A DNA stretch of 64,000 nt from Candidatus Poribacteria bacterium (GTDB taxonomy: Bacteria > Poribacteria > WGA-4E > WGA-3G), in assembly GCA_965200345.1 (NCBI GenBank), contig OZ241378.1:659231-723230 (forward strand), read 5' to 3'. Made by a program: the position numbers and the translations under genes. Positions 39,160-49,100 of the stretch are shown one piece after another (within the stretch, counting starts at the first letter, position 1; every line of letters starts with the position of its first letter). The notes below the pieces were generated by a model, which saw nothing but the letters and a program-made list of their open reading frames with translations, made no database searches and was not told the origin of the DNA.

Positions 39160-40773
39160 ATGGAAAAAGAAAACATCCTTGAACTTCAAAATGTTACCAA
39201 AACCTTCGGTGATCTTGTTGCCGTTGACAGCGTTGATTTTGCGCTCCAAGCGGGTGAAATTCACGCGATTTTAGGGGAAAATGGTGCAGGAAAGTCCACA
39301 CTGATGAATCTTATCTATGGGCTTTACCAGCCATCGGTAGGACGTATCTATGTTACAGATCGTGAAGGGTGGCGACGTAGGTTACGGGCAAAGTCCCCGC
39401 GTGATGCGATTGTTAGCGGTATCGGCATGGTGCATCAGCACTTCATGCTGGTTGAAAATCTGACTGTCGCTGAGAATATCGCCTTGAGTCTTGGGCAATT
39501 GCGTCGGGGCACAGCGAGAGACGCACCTGAGAACGGTAGTTATAAGAAGTGGTTGGGAAAATTCCGCTTTAAAAAAGAAGACGCGATTCACATTACGGAA
39601 GCACTTTCAGAACAGTTCGGTTTAACTGTTGATCCGAGTGCCTTAGTACGGACCCTCTCCGTAGGCTTAAAACAACGCGTAGAGATTCTAAAGGCACTAT
39701 CAGTTGACGCGCGGATTCTCATTCTTGATGAACCGACAGCTGTTCTAAGTCCGCAAGAGGTAGAAGGTTTCTTCACAATTCTCCGAAAACTCCAAGCCGG
39801 TGGTCGCGCAATCATTTTCATTAGCCACAAAATGAAAGAGGTTTTGAGCATCAGCGATAGGATTACCGTTTTACGGCGCGGCAAAAAAGTCTATCTCGGT
39901 CCGACGGGTGAACTGACCGCACGGGAACTCGCGCGGGAAATGATCGGGGCAGAAGTCAACGAAGTTGAGCGCTCAGGAACCCCCCCCCTTGAAGGCGAGG
40001 TATCAGACAACGTGCTACAACTCTCAAACCTGACGGTATTGGGCAGTCGCAACGAAATCGCGGTGTCGGATGTCTCTATGGCGACCCATCGCGGTGAAAT
40101 CGTCGGGATCGCTGGCGTTGATGGCAACGGACAGCGCGAACTCGCCGAAGCGATCATGGGATTACGGCATAGCGAATCTGGAACAATAAGTATCTTAGGC
40201 ACCGATCCGAAAGGGACAAAAGCGGTGCGGCAGCGCGGGGTCGGTTATATCCCCGAAGATAGGCAAACGACTGGCGTTATCGCGTCGTTCTCAGTTACAG
40301 AAAATCTCTTGTTGAATATAACGCACTTGGAACATACAGCACATTGGAATGTCCTGAATCAAAAAAGAAAACGGAATACAGCGGAACAACTTATCGCTGA
40401 TTATGACATCCGTCCGCCTATTGGTGGCATTCCTGCCGCCGCACTCTCCGGTGGGAACCAACAAAAAATTGTCCTCGCCCGAGAAATCTCGCTTCAGCCC
40501 GACTTACTTATCGCCGTTAATCCGACACGCGGTTTAGATGTCAATGCCGCTCGCTATGTCCATGAGAATTTGCTGGCGCAACGCGAGAAAAAAAAATCTG
40601 TCCTGCTCATCTCAACAGAGTTAGATGAAGTCCTCCTCTTGAGTGACCGACTCTTTGTGATGTCGAGGGGTAAGTTGATCAAGGCGACAGCGCAGCGCAA
40701 CGATATTGAAGCACTCGGATTGTTAATGACGGGGCAAACCCATAAAGATTTTGGTGATAGTCTGAAAACCTGA
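39160..40773 (+). CDS. ABC transporter ATP-binding protein, fused double ATPase (nucleoside/sugar CUT2 type)
   Basis: The Walker A motif 'GENGAGKST' and two ABC signature regions are present. The start follows directly after the stop of the upstream gene. Confidence 0.85.
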   Translation: MEKENILELQNVTKTFGDLVAVDSVDFALQAGEIHAILGENGAGKSTLMNLIYGLYQPSVGRIYVTDREGWRRRLRAKSPRDAIVSGIGMVHQHFMLVENLTVAENIALSLGQLRRGTARDAPENGSYKKWLGKFRFKKEDAIHITEALSEQFGLTVDPSALVRTLSVGLKQRVEILKALSVDARILILDEPTAVLSPQEVEGFFTILRKLQAGGRAIIFISHKMKEVLSISDRITVLRRGKKVYLGPTGELTARELAREMIGAEVNEVERSGTPPLEGEVSDNVLQLSNLTVLGSRNEIAVSDVSMATHRGEIVGIAGVDGNGQRELAEAIMGLRHSESGTISILGTDPKGTKAVRQRGVGYIPEDRQTTGVIASFSVTENLLLNITHLEHTAHWNVLNQKRKRNTAEQLIADYDIRPPIGGIPAAALSGGNQQKIVLAREISLQPDLLIAVNPTRGLDVNAARYVHENLLAQREKKKSVLLISTELDEVLLLSDRLFVMSRGKLIKATAQRNDIEALGLLMTGQTHKDFGDSLKT

Positions 40774-41846
40774 TGTTAAAAATAACCAACCTATTCAAAA
40801 GAATCAACGTTCATTGGGTGGTGACACCGGTTCTAATACTCGCGAGTGCGTTTGTTACAAACGCCATTATAATGCTGCTCTGCAACTACAACCCGTTAGA
40901 GGCTTATCAAGCAGCGGTGAGTGGCGCATTTGGGAACAGTCGGAAATTCGGAGAAACGTTGGTGAAAAGCACGCCGTTTCTGATGACAGGGCTCTCAGTT
41001 GCGATGGCGTTTCGGTGTGGGATTTGGAATATCGGTGCCGAAGGACAGTTCCTGATGGGCGCGTTAGCAGCGACATGGTTTGGAACGAAACTCGCTCCAC
41101 TTTTCCCTGAAACGCCTTGGATTGCTGTGCCGATATGCCTCGGTATTGCGACGCTTGCAGGCGGAATATGGGGGCTTATTCCGGCAATCCTCAAGGTAAC
41201 GCGCGGGGTCAACGAAGTTATTAGTACGATTATGTTGAACTACGTCGCGCTCCATCTGGTGAGTATGATGATAGATGGCGGTCCGTTGCAAGAAGCCGCA
41301 CAACGCGGCCCGCAGAGTGATCGGATAGCCGAGTGGGTATTTCTACCGCGGCTTTTCCCACCGCATCGGGTCCACCTCGGCATCGTTATCGCTGTCCTCT
41401 TAGCAATTATCCTGACGTTTGTCCTCTTTCGGACAGCGTTTGGGTATCAACTTCGCGCAGTAGGCGAAGGCTCGGCTGCAGCGGAAGCAGCCGGGATTTC
41501 GATTATGCATAACACCCTCCGCGTCTTTTTCATTAGCGGCGCGCTCGCTGGACTCGGCGGCGCGATTGAACTCACCGCACTGACCCGCCGACTTTTTCTC
41601 AATTTCTCACCCGGATACGGGTACACAGCGATTGCGGTTGCCCTATTAGCGAAGTTGAATCCCTTAGTGACGGTTGCTGCTGCCTTGCTATTTGGCGCGC
41701 TATCGACCGGTTCATACAGTATGCAGCGAACGGTCGGCATCTCTGACAAAGTAACGTTCGTGATGCAAGCGACAATTTTGCTTTTTGTTATCGGTTATAG
41801 TTCTGTGCAGTTGTTCCGCAAGCGGACATCTGCACAATCTGAGTAA
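40773..41846 (+). CDS. ABC transporter permease (NupB/RnsC-like)
   Basis: It is a multi-TM protein and its ATG overlaps the ATPase stop. Confidence 0.8.
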   Translation: MLKITNLFKRINVHWVVTPVLILASAFVTNAIIMLLCNYNPLEAYQAAVSGAFGNSRKFGETLVKSTPFLMTGLSVAMAFRCGIWNIGAEGQFLMGALAATWFGTKLAPLFPETPWIAVPICLGIATLAGGIWGLIPAILKVTRGVNEVISTIMLNYVALHLVSMMIDGGPLQEAAQRGPQSDRIAEWVFLPRLFPPHRVHLGIVIAVLLAIILTFVLFRTAFGYQLRAVGEGSAAAEAAGISIMHNTLRVFFISGALAGLGGAIELTALTRRLFLNFSPGYGYTAIAVALLAKLNPLVTVAAALLFGALSTGSYSMQRTVGISDKVTFVMQATILLFVIGYSSVQLFRKRTSAQSE

Positions 41847-42033
41847 GAATTGCTTGAAGCAGCAAATATTGAAGTTGTAGGTATTTCTTATTAATATCAA
41901 AGGGTGTGTTGACAGCCAAAGATTGTGATTTATCAAAGTCAAAAGCGTAATAGTTTACAATATCGTAACAACCTAAGCAAAAACCGTTTTTCGACAACGG
42001 AGAAAAACGAGCAAAAACTTAATAGTTAAAAAT

Positions 42034-42957
42034 ATGTTTGAAGAAATTCTTTCGGCAACGATTCGCGGGGCGACTCCGCTCCTGCTGGCAGCTTTAGGTG
42101 AAGTCATCTCCCAACGTGCAGGTGTGCTTAACATCGGTATTGAAGGGATGATGCTCATCGGCGCGTTTTTTGGGATGGTCGGCTCATTCTACACGGCGGA
42201 ATTCGTGATGTTTGCACCGTGGTTCGGGCTTCTGATGGCTGGACTCAGTGGACTTATCGCTGCCGCGCTTTTTGCGTTGTGTGCCATCAGGCTCCGTGGT
42301 GACCAAGTTATCATCGGCACGGCGATGACGCTTTTGGCGCTGGGATTGACAGAAGTGATCTATCAACGACTCTTCGGTGTAACAGGGATTGCAAAAGGCG
42401 TGCCAGCATTCCAGCAGATCAACATCCCGATGCTCTCCGAAATCCCTGTCTTAGGGCATGCCTTGTTTTCACACAATATCCTCGTTTTCATTGCGTTTCT
42501 GCTGGTGCCGTGTGTCTATTTTTTCCTCTACCATACGCAGCTCGGACTCAGGATACGCGCGTGTGGTGAGCATCCGAAGGCGATTGCCACCGTCGGTGCT
42601 AATGTGTTCCGTTTGAGAACGATGTGTCTACTCTTCGCGGGTGCGATGGCGGGTATCGCAGGCGGTTATCTCTCCCTCGCCGATGTCCCCTATTTTACAC
42701 CGGGGATGACAGTCGGACGCGGGTTCATCGCTTTGGCGATCGTTATTTTTGGGAAATGGCATCCTGTAAAGGCATGCGGTGCTGCTTTGCTCTTCGGACT
42801 CGGTTCAGCACTCGATGCACGGTTCCAAGCCCTGGGCTGGGATATTCCGTATCAGTTGTGGTTGATGTTGCCTTATGTGCTCTGCTTAGCGGTGCTGGCA
42901 GGGTTTGTCGGACGTGCTGAGGCACCCCTCGCCTTGGGAAAACCGTACGGGGAATAG
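42034..42957 (+). CDS. ABC transporter permease (NupC/RnsD-like)
   Basis: It is a multi-TM protein that begins 'AATIRGATPLLLAALGE..SQRAGVLNIGIEGMM'. Confidence 0.8.
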   Translation: MFEEILSATIRGATPLLLAALGEVISQRAGVLNIGIEGMMLIGAFFGMVGSFYTAEFVMFAPWFGLLMAGLSGLIAAALFALCAIRLRGDQVIIGTAMTLLALGLTEVIYQRLFGVTGIAKGVPAFQQINIPMLSEIPVLGHALFSHNILVFIAFLLVPCVYFFLYHTQLGLRIRACGEHPKAIATVGANVFRLRTMCLLFAGAMAGIAGGYLSLADVPYFTPGMTVGRGFIALAIVIFGKWHPVKACGAALLFGLGSALDARFQALGWDIPYQLWLMLPYVLCLAVLAGFVGRAEAPLALGKPYGE

Positions 42958-42960
42958 CCG

Positions 42961-42994
42961 TCAGGGAGGTTTTTCTGCAAAAAAACCTCCCTGA
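42961..42994. repeat. hairpin TCAGGGAGGTTTTT-ctgc-AAAAAAACCTCCCTGA between convergent genes
   Basis: It was read directly. It belongs to the GGTTT-loop-AAACC family and is followed by a heptad tail 'tggctgacagcc'. Confidence 0.6.
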
Positions 42995-43007
42995 TGGCTG
43001 ACAGCCT

Positions 43008-46000
43008 TTAAAAAGTACTACCGAGGCGGAAATGTGCCCGTCTTGTATCGGTTGAACTCGGAACAGATACGAGTGGGATCGCATAGTCGAGTCCGACTGT
43101 GAGCGCGCCAAAATCCAGATAGAGTCCAGCACCAACAGCGGATGGTAAACGCGTTAGCGTCTCAATATCCGCCAATGAATCCCAGACATTGCCAGCATCA
43201 AAAAAGAAGGCACCGCGGATCATCGAATAGATTGGGAACCTTAACTCCGTATTAAAAATGAATTGGACATCGCCACGATGGATACCTGAGATCGTCTCGG
43301 GACCGAGGGAACGCTCTGTGTAGCCTCGAACCGTCGTACCGCCGCCCGCCCAAAACCGCTCAAAAGAGATGAGTTCCGCGCGGCGGTTTGAACGCAAACT
43401 GGTCGTGATACCACATCGAACCGCAGTTGCTAACACAAGGCTGCCGATGAGTTTTTGATAATATCGTGTATCCGTTGTCGTTTTAATAAAACTGGTTTCG
43501 CCTTGCAAGAGGCCACCCGCGTATTCGAGTGTCATCTCGTTGAACATGCCACCTATCGGATTCAGATAGCGCATACGAGCATCGTAAGTCCAAGAGAAAC
43601 GGAGACTACTCACGGTTGTGCTGGATGGGTTCTGTTCTTCGTAGGGGCGGGGTAACCCCGCCCCTACTGGCGGTGTCCCTTGCTCCATGGGTGGCACCGG
43701 TTGGTTCAAGTCTCGGTAACTATATCGCAAATCCAAATGATGTGATTTACCTAATTTCCTACTGAGGATAAAACTCCCTTGGAGCGCGCGAACATTGTCA
43801 TCTATCTCTAACTTCTTAGCAGATAACCGTAAGGTGCCCCGCGTCCTGCCAATCAACCACGGTTCGGTGAGCCTTGCATCCACAAGGTAACCCAATTCAT
43901 CACGCCACCCTAATCGACTGAGGAAGCGTCCTCGGATGTTCCGTTTAAAGAGGAAGTTGCTATTCGTTAACTCCAGCGTCCCATTCCAACCTTCTGCGAA
44001 ACTATAGCCACCGCCATAACTAAAGGTTCTCGGTTGCTGCTGCTTTTCAACTGTTACTAAAACATCATAGGTTCTGAGAATAGCTTGAGGGGTCTCTCCG
44101 TCAGTCGTCTTTACACCATCGTTGCCTTCCATCTTTTTCGGTTCGCGAGGTTCTGCTTGAACCCTGCGAAAAATCCCTAAGCTGGAGAGGTTTTGCAAGG
44201 CACGGCTTAATCTGTCAGATGTCCAAAGCTCCCCCTCAAGATGGGCGACTTCGCGTTTGAGAACGTGTGGTTTCACAACGTCCGTATCGCCTTCAAAATA
44301 GAATTTACCGAATGTTACCTGCTCACCCTCTGTCTCCACAGCAAGATTGAGGATACCGTGTTCAAACACCTCAAGATGTGTCGGTGCCTGGTTGAGTGTA
44401 TAGCGTGGATTGCCCTCAATATCTTGGATGCTCCAGTGGTTATCGAGTTCCGTGGTTATGGAAAGTCCTGTGAGTGTCAGATTATGATTTTTAAATTCAT
44501 CGCGGATTTCCAAAGGGAGGTTACCCTCCGAAAGAGATTCCGAAAAATTACCTTCTACTTCAAAAACTGCAGTTTCTGTTTCAGGTATGTAAGTGTCATT
44601 AACCTTTGCGTTGCTATATCCGCGTTCACGATACGCATTACGGACAGCCTCTTGATAGACAGTTCTTTCAAACACAGCATTCGGTTGTGGCAACTGAAGT
44701 TCGCTTTCCAAACCTTTTAGAAGCGTAGCAGTATCTATCGCGCGGTTACCGCTGATGACACATCGGTGAATCAACTCTTTGCGGTCCTCAAAAATTGAGA
44801 CATGTATTTCGACTTCGCCAATGTTTTGACCGTTTAAAGGTTGTTTGTTAGGGGTTGCTGTGATGACTGCGTTAGGATAACCCGCTCTCTCGTATAAAAT
44901 ACCGAGTCGATGTTCATCTGTCTCAAGGTCTTCTTGATAAAAAAAGCGTTTCTGTTCTTGCCGCGAGAGGAACCTGGCAACAAGATTTGAGAGTCGCAGA
45001 CTCCCGAGAAGTCCGACTGCCGGTTTCACTGTCATTTCTCGGAGTAAGTCGGCGTCCAGAAAGGCGCGGTTCCCAGAAAAAGATACACGCGTAACCCTAT
45101 AACGGTTCCCAGGATTAATCGTAAGTTGAACGCTGGCGGCATCCGCAGCTTTCTCCTCCACAGTCGTCCCATGATAACCTTCGTCTTTGAAATGCTCTTT
45201 TATCCGTCCTTCCCACAGAGAAGGTGCCCCCGTACTGATCACCTCGGCTATATCTTCTCTGAAGGTATCTTGTTGGGATAAAGAGAGTTCACCGGTCCTT
45301 GAAACGAAATTAAACTCGACCTGCTTGCCTTCATTGATGTCAAACTGCAGTAGCCCGGTTTTCGCTGTAAATTTTGGTGCAATAGTTGCGGTGGGATAAT
45401 TGTTTTTACGGTAGAGTGCTTCCATTGCTGCCACGTCGGTGTCAACATCAGTTTTATTGTAAACCGGATAGCGTATGCTGAAGCCACAAGCACGTTTGAG
45501 GCGGTTGGTTGAGATAGCGAAATTCCCCTGAATTTGCAGCCTTTTGATCGTTGACGGAGCCCCCGGGGTTATCTGATAGGTTAATACGCCAGTTTCGGTA
45601 AGGACATCGGTAACCGTAACTTGCGCATCAAAATATCCATGGTCTCTGCAAATCCGTTTGATATAGATAATATCTGCTTTGGCAATCGCAGGGACATATC
45701 TCCCCCCCGGCTTCGATTTTACCGCATTTTCAATAGCCGATCTGAATTGGCTCGGCGGAATGCCGGCGATGACAACCGCCTTAATGAGATCAAAAGATGT
45801 CAGTTGATAGGTTAACGCAACGCCATTGCGGTGCTCCTGTGCGTAAACCTGAATTTGGGAGTATTGCTGTGTCGCGTAGAGTCTCTTAATACTCTGTTGA
45901 ATAGCGTACTGAGATAAGCTGTCCTCAACACTTACCGAGGCCTGCTTGCTGAGCATGTTGTATTGTTCTGTAGCTTCCGCTATAGGTGCGGTATCAATGT

Positions 46001-46184
46001 AGTATTCGATTTTGTCTATGCGCGTCGCATCAGGTGCTTCCGTGAGTAGGAACTTCTCTGTCTTTGTCTCACCTGAAGTTTCTGTGGGTGCGTTCGCGCC
46101 TACAGATTGCAAAAAAAAACAGCAGAACATCAAGATAAAACAAATCACGCTACCTATGAGTGTGTTGTAATTTATAGTGCCCAC
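43008..46184 (-). CDS. tamA: Omp85-family outer membrane protein (TamA/BamA-like, multiple POTRA domains)
   Basis: It has a signal peptide, POTRA-like repeats, a surface-antigen D15 barrel and a C-terminal '...HFRLGSTF'. Its GTG start overlaps the tamB stop by 1 nt. Confidence 0.8.
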   Translation of the reverse strand: MGTINYNTLIGSVICFILMFCCFFLQSVGANAPTETSGETKTEKFLLTEAPDATRIDKIEYYIDTAPIAEATEQYNMLSKQASVSVEDSLSQYAIQQSIKRLYATQQYSQIQVYAQEHRNGVALTYQLTSFDLIKAVVIAGIPPSQFRSAIENAVKSKPGGRYVPAIAKADIIYIKRICRDHGYFDAQVTVTDVLTETGVLTYQITPGAPSTIKRLQIQGNFAISTNRLKRACGFSIRYPVYNKTDVDTDVAAMEALYRKNNYPTATIAPKFTAKTGLLQFDINEGKQVEFNFVSRTGELSLSQQDTFREDIAEVISTGAPSLWEGRIKEHFKDEGYHGTTVEEKAADAASVQLTINPGNRYRVTRVSFSGNRAFLDADLLREMTVKPAVGLLGSLRLSNLVARFLSRQEQKRFFYQEDLETDEHRLGILYERAGYPNAVITATPNKQPLNGQNIGEVEIHVSIFEDRKELIHRCVISGNRAIDTATLLKGLESELQLPQPNAVFERTVYQEAVRNAYRERGYSNAKVNDTYIPETETAVFEVEGNFSESLSEGNLPLEIRDEFKNHNLTLTGLSITTELDNHWSIQDIEGNPRYTLNQAPTHLEVFEHGILNLAVETEGEQVTFGKFYFEGDTDVVKPHVLKREVAHLEGELWTSDRLSRALQNLSSLGIFRRVQAEPREPKKMEGNDGVKTTDGETPQAILRTYDVLVTVEKQQQPRTFSYGGGYSFAEGWNGTLELTNSNFLFKRNIRGRFLSRLGWRDELGYLVDARLTEPWLIGRTRGTLRLSAKKLEIDDNVRALQGSFILSRKLGKSHHLDLRYSYRDLNQPVPPMEQGTPPVGAGLPRPYEEQNPSSTTVSSLRFSWTYDARMRYLNPIGGMFNEMTLEYAGGLLQGETSFIKTTTDTRYYQKLIGSLVLATAVRCGITTSLRSNRRAELISFERFWAGGGTTVRGYTERSLGPETISGIHRGDVQFIFNTELRFPIYSMIRGAFFFDAGNVWDSLADIETLTRLPSAVGAGLYLDFGALTVGLDYAIPLVSVPSSTDTRRAHFRLGSTF
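43641..43667. repeat. perfect 12-bp-stem palindrome GTAGGGGCGGGG-taa-CCCCGCCCCTAC inside the tamA coding sequence
   Basis: It was read directly. On the coding strand it encodes '...VGAGLPRPYE...'. Confidence 0.85.
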
Positions 46185-49100
46185 TAAAAACGCCCCTTTA
46201 TCTCAAAACCGACCCCATATTCGCCTTTTTCGTTGTTTTCAATTTTAATGGACATGTTTTTTCGCAGTTGATATTCTGCGCTGACAGACCGCGCGTCTTC
46301 ATCATGCGGACGGTGAAAATTAAACGTGAAGCCCCAGAAGGCACGCGAAAATGCAGCATTGCGGATAAGAAACGTCATAATCTCCTCATGCGAGAGGATT
46401 TCAGGCGCGTTCGGTGCGCTCAGAACAAACGCTGGGTTCTTTAAGGTACCAGTCAGACTCGCGTTAACCTCAAGATCAACCGTGCTTTGATCTCTCGGCA
46501 GGACACCGCGAATACGATCCGGTGTTTGGAGAAGGATGTTGAGTTCTGGATCAAATTCGCTCGTACTTCCGTTGGTAATTCTTGAGCCTTCAATGAATTC
46601 AAAGCTCTGTGGAACAAGTCCGATTCTACCACTGATGACCGAAACAGTTCCATTGAAAATCGGATTTTGAATGGGACCGATGAGTTTACCCCCTGAACTC
46701 GAAATTTCAATGTTTGTCGGTCCCGTGATGGATGAAAGCACACGGAAATTGTCCGGGATATCAATATCAAGGTTCAAATATAAATCGCGAAGGATCGGAT
46801 AATCCAATATAACGTCTACCTCGCTGACAGAAGTCCTCGCGAACCAATCGACAACTGCCTCCCAGTTTTGTTCATAATACCCCTGACTTATATTCAGGTT
46901 GCCTGTTAAAGACGGATCCTCAAATCCACCTTGTAGGTGTAATTGCGTCGGATTAGAACCGAGTTGAATTTGATACTTTCCGGGTTGTTCAAGAAGCGCG
47001 GATGAGATGCTGGTCTGCAAATCCATCGTCGGTGGGTTTTCCCATACACGTCCATCGGGGGGTGTTTTAACGCTGCCGGTCATCAAAAAAACACCATCGT
47101 TCAACACACCCTCAAGCTGCTCAACGGTTGCACCTTGCTCTGATAACGCAATTCTGCCTGTTGTCTCTTTAACATGAATGCCGGCTTCCGAAAGTTCAAA
47201 CCCTATATCGTCGAAACGCACAGCCCCTTCAACTCGCGGCGTTTCCATCGTCCCATTGAGTACGACATAGGCTTGACCCGTCCCTGTCGGAGATTCCAGA
47301 CCCGGGACTAAGTAGCGTAGAATGTCAAGATCATCGACTGTAATATCCAAGATACCGTTCATCTCTGTCTGTAGGAGTTCGTGCCAAACTGTTTCTGGAG
47401 ACCGTTGCAGTGCCATTAAAAACGGCGTTATCTCAAGGTGATAAGGCATCGTCCAGGAAAAAGTAAGCAGATCTCCACCGAACGTCGCTTCAACATACCG
47501 CTTTTTTGAGATTTCCCATTTCCCGTTCTGATACCGAATTCTCCAGCGCAGGTCGATAGGGATGTCATGCAGGTAGAGTTCCGCGGGTTCGGACGTGTGT
47601 CGTCGCAAAGTTATCTTCGGATTTTCACTGGTACCACTCATCTGTATGCTTCCGGACAACGCACCCGTAATCCGGTAAGGCGCGGGCCAAGAGGCAGTTA
47701 TTGCCGAGACATCGAAATTTTTGAGGCGTAGGGCTGTGTTAAATTCTCCATTTACCGACCATTGACTGCCAGCATCAATGCTGAGTGTTGTCTTTGCGTC
47801 TTCAACTGTGTGTACGTCCCCGGCAACACCCTCTGGTTTCTCATCTTCATCGGTAAACGTCTGTTCGACCTGAAAGATGTACTGATTTTCAAGGGTAAAT
47901 GCTTGAGGTAAAGTTATTGTCCCCGCGTTCAGCACTATCTGAATCGGTCGCGGGTCTTGGAAATCGTAGGACTTATCCAGTGCCTTAAAGGCGAGGCGGA
48001 CACTGTTAATGGATAATTTCGCGTTTGAGACAGCCACAATATCTGCGAGTGAAGGGACCTTTTGGATTTGTGGAAATGGTGTATTTTCTCCTTTTGTCAG
48101 AAAACTACTGAAAGGAATTGTTAATTCATTGAGCGTCGTACTGAGATGTCCCTCAATCTCTTCCAATGCTTCTGGCGGCAGGGCATGCTGAACCGTTGCG
48201 CCGAGTGGGAATGATTTAAATTTCAATCCGATTAGTGTGAAGTCTTTAGGTGTTAACCCGTCCAATGCCAATTGCGCCTGTTGAAGGATACAGTAACCTG
48301 TCCCTAAATCGAAGCCGAGTTCTGTAAGGTCAATCGTATCTTCGCGAGCGTTAAGCTTCATCTTCATGTTCCGAATGGGTTCATGGAAATTCTTGAGTTG
48401 GAGTTGCACCGCCTCAAGCGATGCAGTCCCCGTTATGTGAGGATCACTGCTTGTGCCTTGTAGTGCTAAATCTATGTCAACGGTGCCATCTGCCTCTGAA
48501 AAGAGTAGATCAATGCCGGGGAAAAATTCAAGCGGGAGTTCACTACCCCGAAAATGTACATCAATCGGTTCATCGGGAAACCGATCCGATATGTCTATCC
48601 CTGTGAATTCTAAATTGAACGGAATCACACCGGTAATCGTTGACCTACCCGCACGGTTCTTTATCTCAATGCCTGCGAGTGTTATCCGTTCATCACGGTA
48701 CTCGACTTTTCCGTTCCATTCCATCTCATTGATGTCGCCGTTCCATTCCGCTGTAATCTCCGGTGCCTCAAAAGTGCCTGTGATATTAACGTTTGCCGTT
48801 GTCACCATTTCAGGCGACTTCAGTGCTAAAGGGAGACGCACAACAAGATCTCCTCGTTCGGATTGGAATTGAAGCGGCGTTGTGTTGGTACAGTTAATAC
48901 CATACCCCTGAAAATTCAACGCACTCACTTCACCGGTTATTGAGATTTGGTGTGGGTGCAGGCTGCCTTTACCGCTGAGTTTCGCATGTCCAGAAACGGT
49001 GCCACGGAAAGGTGGGACTTGCCTTGACAATAGGGTCACAAGATCAGCGATCCCCAGTTCAGACACTAACACATCAATGGCAAACCGCTGTGCATCTGCA

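Noticed and set aside
42961-42994. A canonical rho-independent terminator between the permease gene and tamA.
   Set aside because: The T/A runs are part of the stem and no free U-tract follows on either strand. The sequence matches the GGTTT-loop-AAACC repeat family, so I classified it as a repeat hairpin. It may still act as a 3'-end structure.
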